Shown piece after piece: positions 13,045 to 27,330 of a stretch of DNA of 64,000 nt (the stretch's first letter is position 1; the number at the start of each line of letters is the position of its first letter). The stretch spans positions 32,240,001-32,304,000 of the forward strand of contig NC_043003.1 of NCBI RefSeq assembly GCF_006345805.1, written 5' to 3'. A program made the position numbers and the translations under genes. Source of the stretch: Octopus sinensis. Lineage: Eukaryota. The notes beneath the pieces were generated by a model. The model was not told where the DNA came from. It made no database searches and worked only from the letters and a program-made list of their open reading frames with translations.

Positions 13045-13302
13045 AAGTGTGTACTGTGTGTTAAGAGATTTGCTTCACAAACATATAGTGCCGGGTTTAG
13101 TCCCATTGCATGGCATCTTGAGCAAATGTTTTACTATTGTCCCTGACCGACCAAAGCCTTGTGATGGATTTGGTACACAAGAACTGAAAGAGGCCAATGG
13201 TGTATGTATTTATACACACACACATGTATTTACATATATATATAATATACATACATGCATATATAATATATATATACATACATAAATATATATGTATATA
13301 CA

Positions 13303-13362
<60 letters not shown>

Positions 13363-13605
13363 GCATATATGTGTATGTATATGTATAAGTATGATTCTGT
13401 GTGTGTGAGAGACAGAGAGAGAAAGAGAGAGAGAGAATTTATTTCGGTCCGTTAATAATAGCGGTTCGGTAAAACGACACCGATAGAATAAGTACCAGGT
13501 TTTAAAAAAATAAAATAAGTACTGGGGCCGGTTTGTTCGACTAAGTTCTTCAAGGTGATGCTACAGCATGGCCGCAGTCCAATGACGTAAACAAGTAAAA
13601 GATGA
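13045..13605 (+). mobile_element. Degenerate CORE-like SINE split by a (TA)n expansion
   Basis: Head GGTTTAGTCCCATTGCATGGCATCTTGAGCAAATG; tail CGATAGAATAAGTAC..CAGCATGGCCGCAGTC. Same family at 26225-26550(-), 40797-40960(+), 49855-49970(+), 56150-56780(-). Confidence 0.65.
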
Positions 13606-14029
13606 AAATATTATGTGGGCATCTGAATGTTGTGTTTATCAACTTTTAAATAATGTCGTGTAAAGAGAGAGATACGTTACCTTATATGATATCATGTTTC
13701 AAATGTCATCTAATTTCAAATCAATTGTTGTGAATACTTAAGTTACTACAAGCACAGTGGATTATCCATCATACTTTAGACTTTACTGTCAATTGCTGTA
13801 ATAGAAAATATACTTCACATGTAGTTCATCAATATTTTCTCGTTAGCTTGACATGCTGTATGTGATCTAAGAATGATATTGAAATATTTATTCAAATACT
13901 TACGTGTAAATATGATTCTGTCTTGTTTGATTTGCAGAATTGTTTTTCATTTACAGTCGGGACCTATCAGACAGTTGGAAACTTCAAAGTAACTTTGTGA
14001 GACTGTTACACACACATATACTACAGAAG

Positions 14030-15880
14030 AATACTGAACCTGTCTCCTACTAGCATTAAAGAGCAGGAGGTTTCCAGGAAACACTATAGACACCTAAAAA
14101 CATATGGATGCTTTGTCGGAGCATAGAAGACGGCTGCTACTCGAAAGGTAAGATCATAGCTGATAGTTGCGTCTAGCGCCAACGACTAAACATCTGAATT
14201 TAGGAAAGTAGTCTGTACTTAAATCAAGACATTCCAAAATATCTGGATCCGAGTAGGGACTCCAACTTTGAGAAGTGCCCATCTTGTCGCCGTTGAAAAT
14301 GCATGTGAAGGCTCGTGCCTCGGAATTACATGCATGATTGGTGGCTACCACATCTAGAAATTGTAACCTGAGATGTGGTAACTAGATCAGGTAGCATGAG
14401 TCCACATGCATTTACGTTGCTTATACTGAGTAAGGTCATGTTGGATGAAAGGGAGAAATTGAGTGCTACTATTAGCATAATTTCTTTGGAAAATAAGCTT
14501 ATCTACCTACTGGTTAGTTCTGGGCGTTTCCACTTGTAGTCTTTTGTTTATGGCCACTCGGACTCCATCACCATCTTCTCGCCATATTTTGTATTTAGTT
14601 TATTGTCGGTTTATTGTGTTGTATATTAGGTATGTATCTGTGTTTTATGTTATTTATTGGTGTAATTAAATCGTTGTTTCTAAACGTTACGGGCTGGTAT
14701 TATATAACTTATTAATTTTATTTTTGCTTGTATCTAAGAACCTATAATTTATGTTTCTTGAACTTGTTCTTGTTGGTTTAGTTGTAAACTGATTATTGGT
14801 ATGTTGTTAAGAATTTTCGTAATGGTAGTTATGCTGATGATGGTGGTGCTGCTGGAGGCGGTGTTGTTATTACTGATATTGTTGTTGTTGAAGAAGAAGG
14901 TATTGTTATACCGCTATTTACTTGCATCTCTCCTATGCGCTATAAATAAGTACCACTTATGTTATAGTTTTTTCCTTTTTTCCTCTTCTTTCTACTGAGT
15001 AGTCTTTGCCATTTAGTGTTTTCTTCGTTAATTATGTCGCACAAAGTTATCCGAAATGCAAAGAGGCATGGTTCGGAAGAGGGATGTAGTGTTCTTCTAT
15101 TGTTGTTCTATATATTGTTGTTTAGGGACCTTCTGTTGCTGCTGTTTATGCTGACCCTAGTAATGTGACAACTTTTGAGGTAAATGCTCGTTTGTTGTGA
15201 TTCTTGCTCTAATACGGAACCTCACCAATGCCATCTCTAATAGTTACCGTTTTATTGTTCCTGACAAATATCATAGAACTTCCATACAGGCACACGCGTA
15301 TCGCATTGTTTGTGTTGCAATGTGTCCTTACATTCTGCCTAAATATTCTTCATGTCTGGATGAAGTGAAAAACTTTGTTGTGTGCTTGGTCAGCTATGTA
15401 AAATTGTTCTCTTCTCACGGGTCTCTGATCATAGATATAGAATAATATCCCTTGTCCGAAATACATATTTTGCCAGGCTTTGGCTCTTTCAGCAAAATGT
15501 TCCATATTTAGCGAGAATTTGTTTGAAAGAATTGGCAAGACACACACCTTGACTTGCCGTGCTGTTTACCGAAGCGATGCCTTCATGCAGTCTGTTATTG
15601 ACAAGATGTCGGTTTAGTTAAATACGCTTTCGTTTATGTAGAAATGCTATTTATATTTTGTGCTTGAATTAAATTAGCATAGTTTAAAGGTGATCGTTTG
15701 TGTGTTCGTCCAGACAAAATTGTAGTTTCTAACCTTATTTTGGAGGAAATTTTTTTAAATTCTCACAGGAGATTGTAGATGTTCCAGTCTCTGAAAGTTA
15801 TTTCCCAGTTGTTTTGCTGTGTTGTATTAGTGTTTCTGTATCTTTGGCTACTGACTAGTCAGCGCAGCGAAGAACACGTC

Positions 15881-15882
<2 letters not shown>
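14030..15882 (-). mobile_element. Degenerate Tx1/L1-like LINE 5' part (ORF1 relic + APE endonuclease start)
   Basis: 5' TAGACGTGTT as at 8256; low-complexity ORF1 tail; APE relics MTLLSISNVNACGL and FRVAAVFYAP..FLETSCSLMLVGD. Confidence 0.6.
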
Positions 15883-15942
<60 letters not shown>

Positions 15943-16322
15943 GAGGCGGCGAGCTGGCAGAATTGTTAGCAACAATATTATAGCCATGAAGATCGTTTGG
16001 TTTGTTTCCTTTTCAGGGTGTGAAATGTATTAATTCGTATATTTTCAGTTTTACTTTGAGTGGCATGACGATGAATTTTCATGGCTATAATTTTTTTGGT
16101 GGTGTAGGAGAAAAGAATCCTTTCTAGTATAGGGACAATGTTGTGGGGAGCGGACTGGTCGATTGTATTGACTCCAATACATAACTGATATTTATTTTAT
16201 CGACACGAAATTTTGAAAGGCAAAGTCGACCTCAGCCGAAATTGAACTCAGAACGTAAAGACGGACGAAAAACCGCTCAGAATTGTGCGGAAGTGCTAAC
16301 AATTCTGCCAGCTCACCGCTTC

Positions 16323-16361
<39 letters not shown>

Positions 16362-16495
16362 GAAGAAGAAGAAGAAGAGAAGAAGAAGAAGAAGAAGAAG
16401 AAGAAGAAGAAGAAGAAGAAGAAGAAGAAGAAGAAGAAGAAGAAGAAGAACAACAACAACAGCAACAACAACAACAACAACAACAACAACAAAAA
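15881..16495. repeat. (TAT)n, SINE fragments and (AAT)(AAG)(AAC) compound microsatellite
   Basis: Read directly; Nin-like SINE at ~16115-16322(-). Confidence 0.85.
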
Positions 16496-17261
16496 TAAAG
16501 GCAACATAAATATTCCATTCGGAATATTTCCAGACCTGATTTTCAGAACCTCACTTTACCTCAACAAAAGTTAAGCATTCCTAAATCTATCATAATTATT
16601 GTGAGTAAAGACTTTGAAAAAGAAATAGATGTTTTTACAATTACACCAAAGTCAGGATCATTAAAAGGAAATTTAATGAAATATTTATGAAAAGAAAAAC
16701 AAAAAAAAAACAAGCTTAAATTTTTATCAATGATAATTATGTTGATTGTGAAAATATTTATTTCAAATTCATGCCGATCGGTACTTATTTCTTGCAGCAT
16801 TGTTGTTTAGTGCAAGCTCAGCTTAAATGCAGGAGTCATTCAGCAGAAGCTATCGCTTGTTATTAAGGTTATATCAAGGACTACTCCAACCTTACGTAAG
16901 TGACGATGGGATGATTTCAATTATATTTTGCTGTTATTTCTTAGAGCATTGACATAATCTGATACACAAGCATTAACGACTGTTTGCTATGTTCAAAGAC
17001 CACATACAGTTAAAGCTACAGATAGAAACAAACACAGGAACATGTATCTATCTGTTGGTAGTAATGAACAGACGGAGAATTACTGTATATAAAATTAGAG
17101 TGCAATGTTTTATGCAAATCAATTCAATGGTCCATTACTCTGGAGAAGCTCTGACAAGTATTAAGTTAATCAATCAGAAAAGCGACAAAAAAATTTCATT
17201 CTGCAGCTGCTACCCTAACTTGTTGATTCTGCAGAATGAACATTATTTCCCTCTCTCGCCG

Positions 17262-17304
<43 letters not shown>

Positions 17305-18114
17305 GGTAGGTAGGTAGGTAGGTACAGATTCTTGTTCACCATGGAAATTTGCAGACTGTAGTAGAGTTGAAATAAACTTACATTCACACGTATACACATA
17401 TAATAAAAATGATTTGTTAACTTCGTGCGCATGTACAAATATCGCGAAGGAAAGTGAAATACTCAACAGTGCATAGAACAGATTTCATTCATGCATTAGT
17501 AAGTTTAGCAGATGGCAGTGATTGTCAGATTCCTCTTCCAGTATTTATACCGTTATTGCCTGAAGAATGTAGCGTGATATTTTAAACGAAAGAAAAATAC
17601 TTCAGCATACTTTGAGCTGTTGGTTGAAGTGGTTAGACTGGTGCCGGTGAAGGGAGTTATTTCTTGATAATTGTGGTGATATTTATGTGAGAATACGTGA
17701 GAAACGTGCTTTGAAATTCCCATAGACAATGGCATATACTGGTTTCAAAGTTTGGCGCAAGGACAGTAACTGGTTCATGTTTTATCGACCCTGAAAAGAT
17801 AAGAGGCAAAGTTAACCTAGATGGAAAGTGATATCAGAACGTAATTACGGACGAAATGCATCTAAGCATTTTTCAGATGTGCAAACGTTTCTGCCAGTTC
17901 GCAGCCTTACACAAATTTATATACTGAGATACATATGCATAAACACTAATTGTACACGAATTCTATATAATTACACTTACCCACACTCACACACAAACAC
18001 AGTAAAGCGCTTGTATGCATGCATACATACATACATACTACATACATACATACATACATACATACATACATACATACATACATACATACATACATGCATA
18101 CATACATACGTATA

Positions 18115-18430
18115 TCCAGGGCCGGAATCCCTGCATCGAATATCTGCTATAAGAGTTTTACGAAGGTGGTAAGGCAAATAAACACAGTTAAGCTTCAGAT
18201 GCAGATTTCCATGGAGAGAGAAAATACAGATTACAACCTAAAGTGAAAGATAGCAAAAGAACGAAAACAAGAATGATGTAAATCTTATCTCGACAGCTGT
18301 TTCCAGATGTACACAACATACATAATAAACTTATTCATATGCAATATATGAATGATGCCATAAGTGTATGTTCTGCAAGAAGTCATGATGAAATTGTTAA
18401 AGGTAGTTCAGTGTCCATTTTCAAGAGCAA
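18115..18430 (-). mobile_element. PLE-type terminal fragment with decayed hammerhead
   Basis: Minus strand CTC-TTGAAAA..long stem II..GAAA-CAGCTG-TC-GAG; 3' end abuts (TACA)n. Confidence 0.4.
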
Positions 18431-19139
18431 GACATTTCACACCTTGCACTTGAAAAAGTGTGTCTCTTGCTATCTGGCGATATATCTTGTCAGATATTCA
18501 TTGCATCATATAAGTGCTAGGAAAATTTCATCTAAATTTCATTCCGATCAAAATTCGAAATCGATCTCCTATATCTGCTCGAAAAAATGTTTACGAAATT
18601 ATTGAATGATTTCCTCAAGTTACTTGGTCAAGTTGGAAAAACGTTGTACTATATATATCGCTAGACCTTTATGCCGGCCATAATACAAATAATGCCTTTT
18701 CCTCCTTGATTTGCAGCTAAATCTGCCTGAGAATGTTTCTCATTTACCAGTGCTTAATTTTCCGAAAGATAAATTCATAAATTCACGAGATTCACCCTCT
18801 CATTATTTCATCTTTTACTAGAGAGTGTGACACACTGGCAAAACTCAGACGTTACTAAGAAATAAGCCCAATAAATATATTTACTTTAATAATGTATCTC
18901 GGTTTTTTATAAGCGATGGTACGGTATTTTATATTGAATTCTATATACTACACTCAAAATGATTGTAAACGCATGTTTCTTCTTTTATTTGCATATTGGA
19001 TTTTAGCACTTTTGCGCTAATAAATGAGCGACTACACTTTTATCTATCTATCTATCTATCTATCTGCCGTCTGCCTGATTGTCTACCATTCTGTGTCACT
19101 CTCTCGTGATTACGTCTCTCTCTCTGACTCCCTTTGTGT

Positions 19140-19141
19140 GT

Positions 19142-19187
<46 letters not shown>

Positions 19188-19196
19188 ATATATATA

Positions 19197-19230
<34 letters not shown>

Positions 19231-19410
19231 CATGCATAGGTATATATATGTGTATGTATGTATGTACGTATATAGATATATAAATAAAAAACATACATAT
19301 ATATGCACACGCATATATGGCATATGTGCTTACAAGCTTGCATACAGTCACACACACACACACAAACGCACACACGCATATTATATATATATCTATATAT
19401 ATATATATAT

Positions 19411-19441
<31 letters not shown>

Positions 19442-19446
19442 ATATA

Positions 19447-19481
<35 letters not shown>

Positions 19482-19626
19482 GCATAGGTATATATATGTG
19501 TATGTATGTATGTACGTATATAGATATATAAATAAAAAACATACATATATATGCACACGCATATATGGCATATGTGCTTACAAGCTTGCATACAGTCACA
19601 CACACACACACACAAACGCACACACG

Positions 19627-19665
<39 letters not shown>
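19140..19665. repeat. ~250-bp tandem duplication embedded in (TA)n
   Basis: Block ATGCATAGG...GCTTACAAGCTTGCATACAGTCACAC repeated at ~19232 and ~19480. Confidence 0.9.
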
Positions 19666-19666
<1 letters not shown>

Positions 19667-20209
19667 CAAAATCGATAGAGGTCACAAAGGTGAGGGACGG
19701 TACTGACTAGCGCCGGTAGTACCCTCTGTCACGTTTGTCTACGTGTGTGAATGTATTTACGCATGCATATATAAATCTAAGTACGTAGAAACGAAGCACG
19801 ACGCTGTACGTGCTTCGTTTTTGATTCGTATTCATTTGTCGATGATAATATATATTGTTATTTTGCTGGCGAGTAACTCTTCTTTTCTTATTTAAGTCAA
19901 TGCAAACAATTCCTTTAATGACATAACGGTCTTTTTGGTGTTCAAATATAGCACTGGCAAATTATGTTCTTTGTCAATGCTCTAGGAGACAATTTAAACC
20001 GCAGCTACGAGAGACACTTGGTAACTTTGGCATTAATCGACGCGAAAGCAAATATATTGACAATAACCAGCGATGACGTTCAAGATATCCGTCAGACAAT
20101 TCAAGAAAATCTGATCGTTATAATATTGCACTGACAAATTGTTATTAGCCTTGCAGTATATTGGCTTTATAAGTTTAGTTTACAAGTCTGTTTGAATGGT
20201 AGAGCAACT

Positions 20210-20635
20210 ATGCGTAGATACGTGTGAATGCATACAAACACGCTCGGTTGCAAATATATGTATGTATCTGTGAAAAGATGTATAGAGATATGTGAATATA
20301 TACATATATTATTTCTTTAAAAGACACAATACATGTCTTTAAGTGCTATGTGGAGAAATAATCACAAACATATTCCTCAGATGCAAACCACATATCATAA
20401 CGAACTATGATTTTAATGGTACAGTAACGATGCGTAGATACGTGTGAATGTATACAAACACGCTCGCTTTCAAATAGATGTATGTATCTGTGAAAAGAGT
20501 ATAGAGATATGTGAATATATACATATATTATTTCTTTAAAGGACACAATACATGACTTTAAGTGCTATGTAGAGAAATAATCTCAAACATATTCCTCAGA
20601 TGCAAACCACATATCATAACGAACTATGATTTTAT
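20210..20635. repeat. 220-bp diverged tandem duplication
   Basis: ATGCGTAGATACGTGTGAATG starts at 20210 and 20430; both units end ..ACGAACTATGATTTTA. Confidence 0.92.
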
Positions 20636-20758
20636 TTCCAAGACCGGATGGTACGTTGTGTTCTTGGGCAACAACATTCATCTCACGCTGCTCTCCGATC
20701 ACTTCGACACCTGACACGTGGCAAACAGTGCACCTGTTCAGACAACGTCAATTTGATA

Positions 20759-20876
20759 GAGAGAGTCAGCTAAAGTGTAGTACAAAATTCGATCACTATA
20801 AGGAAATCATTTGAGCAGGTCGTTCGGCAAACCTGAGTACTCATCCTCGTTTTCGAAGGGAATTCCATCATATATA

Positions 20877-20918
<42 letters not shown>

Positions 20919-21088
20919 TATAGAGAGATATATATTTGCTCACATATACATATATACATACAAACATTTATACACGTATATGGTATACATGTATATATAT
21001 ATATATATAAACATGTATACCATATACGTGTATAAATGTTTGTATGTATATATGTATATGTGAGCATATATATATCTCTCTATATCTG

Positions 21089-21122
<34 letters not shown>

Positions 21123-21243
21123 GAATATATATGATGGAATTCCCTTCGAAAACGAGGATGAGTACTCAGGTTTGCCGAACGACCTGCTCAAATGATTTCC
21201 TTATAGTGATCGAATTTTGTACTACACTTTAGCTGACTCTCTT
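20759..21243. repeat. ~240-bp near-perfect palindrome centred on (TA)n
   Basis: 21010-21243 is the reverse complement of 20759-20995; mirror ORFs [10 protein letters not shown].. on both strands. Confidence 0.95.
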
Positions 21244-21304
21244 TCGCATGCGCGAAATTAAATACATAAAATGCCAACAACTTGCCCATCGCAGCCTTTA
21301 TATA

Positions 21305-21369
<65 letters not shown>

Positions 21370-21370
<1 letters not shown>

Positions 21371-21692
21371 ACGGGAAGCTTTATGAAAATAAACAAAAGA
21401 CGAAGGCAGGTGGAATACAAACAGACAATTGTATTAGTATGGCGCTCAGGAAATATAAATAAAACAAGTCTTTAACGTTTCGAGCCTACGCTCTTCAACA
21501 GAAAGATACACAGAGAGAGAAAAACACAGAAAGAAGGAGAGAAAAAAAATGCGTGCAGTAGCTAACGAATCAACATGGCGATCTGATTTCGGCCAGAGGT
21601 CAAAGATCAAACATGAGACGCGAGAGCGAAATAAGGGGAGATAATAGGGTTGATAAATGGGTTGAGGGACCAGCTAAAAGTGCGTGGGAGGG
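21370..21692 (-). mobile_element. Non-coding PLE-type fragment with hammerhead motif (21469-21506)
   Basis: TCTTT-CTGTTGA-A-GAGC-GTAG-GCTC-GAAA-CG-TT-AAAGA; 3' end in (TA)n; homologous to the arms at 62813-63422. Confidence 0.75.
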
Positions 21693-22220
21693 GTATATAA
21701 AGGCTGCGATGGGCAAGTTGTTGGCATTTTATGTATTTAATTTCGCGCATGCGCATTATTTGTTTTTAATTTTGTCGACTACAGAGTATAGGAGGGTCGG
21801 TTGGGCACAGTCTGTGAGAAAAACAGCACCATGACGCAATTCACTCTGCTAGACATTTGGAAAGACATGCTGTACGGTTTGGAATTCGCGCTGGAGGCTC
21901 CAATACGAACATTTCAGTGTTTGGGTGTCAGTCTGAGGAGAGTACAATCTGAGGACATGTTCCGAAAGTGATAACTATCATACATCCAGTCAACGGAGAC
22001 CTACGTCAAGTACTTGAAGGAGGTAGTGCTGCCTGGGCTCAAGGGGGGTAGCTGCTGGAAGATCCTATGTCTTGCAACAGAACTCTGCATCATGCTACAC
22101 AAGCAGGAAAACACAGTCAAGGCTATCAGACATATTCTGCAACCACACCTACCCTAAAATCTGTCCACCTAACTCTCCAGACTGAAACCCCTTGATTGTT
22201 ATGTGTGGGACGCAGTTTAT
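21693..22220 (+). mobile_element. Internally deleted Tc1/mariner (DD37D/maT-like) transposon
   Basis: Relic QQNSASCYTSRKTQSRLSD..CPPNSPD*NPLDCYVWDAV resembles the catalytic C-terminus; starts at TA. Confidence 0.7.
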
Positions 22221-23172
22221 TTGTGGGGAGGGTGCGTGGACACGTGAATGAAGAGCGTGAGTGACTGATTCTAACTTGGGAATGTATTTCTGTGCAATCG
22301 GTAACAATTAAATCTCAAGCGTTAGAGTTAATATGAGCTGAATAATAAATGAATGCCGGAGGGTGCGCATTTATGTATGCGGATGTGTGTATATGTTTGT
22401 TGCAAGTGATTTACCTCTCTATCGCCATCTTCGGGTTATTTTGGTGTATTTATTTTAAGATAATCAAATTTCGAGAATAATTGGAACTAAATATGTTTTA
22501 TGTCAGTTACGCAAATAAAAGATAACTTTTGCAGAATTTAAAATTAGTTTACTGATTAGAGTGTGCATGTAGGTGTGTGTGTGTGTGAGAGAGAGAGCGT
22601 GTATGTATTATCATTTTCGTTCTCAGAATATAGTTATTCAGATCTTCATCGTTGTTTAGCATGATAACTACAAATATCACATACACTATTTTTTCCTTTT
22701 TACATAAAATAATAAAAATGTTACAATTCTTGTAAGTTTGAAACTGCTGCCAAATTTAATCAGTTATAAGCACCCATACATAATTTTAATCAGTTATAAG
22801 CACCCATACATAATAAAACGAAGTGCTTACGAGACCTCTTTTTGGTTTTTAATAAATAAAAACATTTAAAAAGGGAAAAAAATTAGAACAACGTAAAAAT
22901 TAATGCAAGAAAATAAAAAAGTTAACTAACCTTTAAATATGAAAGGTCTTGGAGAAGAGGTGTGACGTCATTCCATGAACTTAGCCTTTATTCCGGGATC
23001 ATAAATCCCGCCTACATTTCATTCCTAGTCACAAGTTCGGAGAAAAACGTGACTACATTGAATTGAGGCACATCCAAGTGATCAGAGATTATTTTCATCT
23101 TCTTTTATTCATATCGAGTATAAAATGCCTGAAATGTAAAGTGTTCCTCTTTCAGAAATACATTGTAACATA

Positions 23173-23999
23173 TATGAATTAGTATCGAAAAGATCCCGAA
23201 CTAGTTCTGTAGCGCGCCAACAGACGGTAGCACAAAGTTGCATGCGCAGTAAGAGCTAGCAGTGAACCTCCTGGGGCAGTGTACCAAGTGACGACGCTGA
23301 GTTACCTTCGCAAGTTTATGTGATCAGGTGTATGCTGTAGTCTGCGATTTTGTCATGGACAGGAACAAAACTAACGTGAAATTTTGCGTTAATCTTGGGA
23401 ATATTGAGCATGCCTCGGCTAGCTTACGGTGATGCTGCAATAGGTGGTACGCAATGTTTTGAGTGGCACTAGCGCTTCAAAAGCGAACGATTATCCCCAG
23501 AAAATGATGGTCGAAGACCTGCCACGAGCGTCACCCACGAAAAGGTGGTATTGTGCATAGAGAATTTGTCCCCCAGAGTCAGATTGTTAATCGAGAGTTC
23601 TACTGCAATGTTTTGAAGCGTTTGAGAGAGGAATTCGGCAAAATAGATTCTTCCCAGAATTCTCCTCACTCGTGAGTTTCTCGCCAGAAGACACCAGGGT
23701 ATCGCTTACTATTTAACAGATTTAGCATCCGAGGACTTCCATTGCTTCTCCAATATGAAAATGTGGCTCAAAGGTCGCTGTTTTAACACTGTTATCGAGA
23801 TCCAAAGTGAATCTCCGGAGGACCTCGGCTCGCTTACGGAAAACGACTTCTAGGCCAGATCCCAAATGTCACAGGAGCGCGGGGACCGGTGTGTTGCTGC
23901 GTAAGGTGACTATTCCGATGGAGAAGGTGTTAAACATAGGTAAATTGGTTATTTTTATCAAACATAACTAGTTCAGGAAATTTTTGATACAACCTCGTA
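23173..23999 (+). mobile_element. Internally deleted mariner element
   Basis: Imperfect ~33-bp TIRs (TATGAATTAGTATCGAAAAGATCCCGAACTAGT / ACTAGTTCAGGAAATTTTTGATACAACCTCGTA); NVKFCVNLG, AYGDAA, CFEWH, DLASEDF relics. Confidence 0.8.
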
Positions 24000-25589
24000 T
24001 GTTCGCACAAATCAATTCGTTCAGTCGCTTGCATTCATGTCGGTATCGCAGTTCATGGTGTCCATTGCATGGCTTCTTTGTTCAAATTCTTTTCTTTGTC
24101 TTCAATCTTCTTCATCTATTCGTGCCCATTGCTGTTGTCATTGGTTGCATCTCTATTAACAGGCTATAAACTATTGCATAGAGTTTTCAAGAATTCAGTG
24201 GTGATATGTTGATTCTACTTAGAACCGGCTGCCTACTTACAATGGAAAGGAGCACAAAGATTTACTGTAGAGGAAGACCATACAACAGGTGCCGTTTAAA
24301 AGACTTATATAAATAAGTAAAATATTTCCCTTGTTGACATAGTCAGCAGAAAAGCACTCAAGTGGGAGTGAAACATCATTTAGAGAACATAGGATTTATT
24401 CGTGAGCTACTACAAGTTCCATGGTGGGAAAGGTCCCTATTCGGACACCGTTGCACAGCGTACTTTTGTTGATCTAGCCATCGTTTAGTTATTAACAATG
24501 GCACTAAAACGTGAGAAGATGTTAGAATAAACGACAAAACGCGAGAAAATAGAAAAATCCTAAAGAATCGTTTTAAGAGAAAGTGGGGTTACTAGCATTA
24601 GGGAATACGGGGTTATGTCTCTTTCACACGTAATAAAGAATGGTGTGCTTTATCTATGCAACACGCGTCATCTAAGGGACATGAACAACAACAATACAAA
24701 GTATGAGAAATCGAATGTGAGAGAGGCTAAATTGTCTGAAACTATGTGTCTTTTCCAGTGAAGAGGTGTCATCCATTTCGCTAGTAGAATCTTGTTGAGA
24801 TGCAAATATGTCAAGAATTCTGACTTAGATAATAGACGGGCAATGCAGTTCTTCGCTCTAACAAGATGCGTGTTCTTAGTTATATAGAACCCACACATGT
24901 TTTATATGTTGTTATATGGTCTTGTTATATCTACGATCTACGATGTTCCTCCTTAATAATGTGTGGTATACTGCTGCTATTCAGGTTGTGGAAATGACTT
25001 TGTACTGTTCTTCTATTTACCTAATTCTGTCATAGAATATATCCTAAAGAAATGTTATTTGTGCCTGGCCAATAATATATATTCTCCACATATACACACG
25101 CACGCGCGAACACACAAACACGCGCGCGCGCGACTGGTAGTTGGTGTACACAGACGCATTCACTCCACCTCCGCCAAATTATTTTCTTACTGGGCAACCA
25201 TTAGTCGAGCAGCAAACGAACAAGCGTCCGCACATACACATAGACGTGTACATATAATGAATTTATATAAAGATACATGTAGTCGCGCATCACACACAGC
25301 AAATAACTACACATACATACGTACACACAAACTAATTCTTCCTAACTCTCACACAAACACATATTTATATATTCACACACTCACACACATCTACACCTAA
25401 TCACTCATTCGCTATCCTGCCAAAATATACTCCTTAATTTCATTCAGTCAGTGGTAAACACAAAAGAACAACACGTCGTGGCTTCATTTATCGCAATTGC
25501 TCTTCAAAATTATTTACTCCGTTTATATACTTCTTTCTTTTTCTGGCCTTTTCTCCTCTCTTTTTCCAGTGGTTTTTTTTTTTTGACCT

Positions 25590-25910
25590 TTTCTCTTCAC
25601 TTTTTCCACTACCCAAAGCAGGAAAATAACCAGTCAGTCTTTCTATTCGTCTGAGACCCAGTTCAAGGCTGCATCATCTGGGAAACGCTTTCCTTTCAAA
25701 AACAACTTCATGGCTGGGAAGAGGTGAAAATCAGAGGGTACAAGGTCAGGAGAGTAGGAGGGATGGGGAGGAGTTGTGGACCGGAGCGTTGTCCTGCAGG
25801 AGGAGGATGCCTTTGCTGATCTTGCCCCGCCTCTTGATTTTGATAGCTTCTCTTAATTTCCTCAAAAGTGAAGCATAATAGGCTCCTGTAATTGTGGTAC
25901 CCTTTGCCAA
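25590..25910 (-). mobile_element. mariner transposase fragment
   Basis: LAKGTTITGAYYASLLRKLREAIKIKRRGKISKGILLLQDNAPVHNS/PHPSYSPDLVPSDFHLFPAMK. Confidence 0.85.
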
Positions 25911-26330
25911 AATAATTTGTTTTTCGTATTATGTTATTTGTTCATCGTCATACGTATGCATGTGTGAGTTGAAATTTGTGAGTGTGTCCGTATATGTGTG
26001 TTGTTTCATCAGATGAAGAGTTCATGCATTAAATTAGTGTGCGACGCAAGTGAGTTATCCATGGTCATGTGTAACAATGGTGTATGTCACAGAAAGGAAT
26101 GTGGCACATAGTGACATAGCTGCACATTTATATTGCAAATGTAGTTCATCCAAAATGGGCACTATAGGTCGACCTACCCGATTGCGCTCACAGACCTTCG
26201 CCTATTCGAGGTTGCGGTAAAAACAGCTTATTCTTTGTAAGTCTAGTATTTATTCTTTCGGTCTCTTTTGCCGAACACACCAAGTGATGTTAGGGGACAA
26301 ACACAGACACACAAACATATACACACACAT

Positions 26331-26372
<42 letters not shown>

Positions 26373-26545
26373 TTTTCCCTAGTTTCAGCTCAGAGCTGCG
26401 GCCATGCTGATACAAATCCAGTCACAAGGTTTTGGTCGGCCCGAAGCTATAGTAGAAGACACTTGCCCAAGGTGCCACGCAGTGGGACTGAACCCGCAAC
26501 CATGTGGTTGGTAAGCAAGCTACGTGCCACACAGCCACTCCTACA

Positions 26546-26583
<38 letters not shown>

Positions 26584-27228
26584 TATATATATTTATCTAT
26601 CTATACACACACACACACTCATATATAGATATATATATATATACACATACAGACAGACAGACAGAAATACACAAGCATACGTACATACGAACCTAGATGT
26701 ATACAATGCAGCCGTAATACAAGTTTAAATGGAATGAATGTCGCACAGATAGATAGATTTGCAAGCGTACAAATAGATATATAGATGGAAAGATAGATGA
26801 TTACATCTCTTTGCGTGTGTATGCATATTTATTTTCATAATAACACCACAAATCTATCATGAATTACAATTTCGCTTACTCACTGAAATAATCTATAACA
26901 GAAGAATAGATATGCAAACTGGTTTTATACACTGTGACTATTCCGTTTTTGGCATATAAATGAAGACCATTTAAGAATATTTATACCAGGAAAGTATAAA
27001 TGCATCAACTACAATAAGATTGGTTTATGCTGTGCTGCTCACACATGACTAGGAATAAAATATTCTTTAAATGTCTCATTTGTCTGTCGTCGACAACATT
27101 CTATAGAAATGTTCTTTGCGTCTGAATAAAATGCATATATATATATGTGTGTGTGTGTGTGTGTATAGACACACATGTGTATATGGAAATTTATTTATTG
27201 AAATTATATATATGTGTATGTGTATGTG

Positions 27229-27330
<102 letters not shown>

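Noticed and set aside
22755-22815. ~32-bp direct duplication
   Set aside because: Simple local tandem duplication with no element between the copies.
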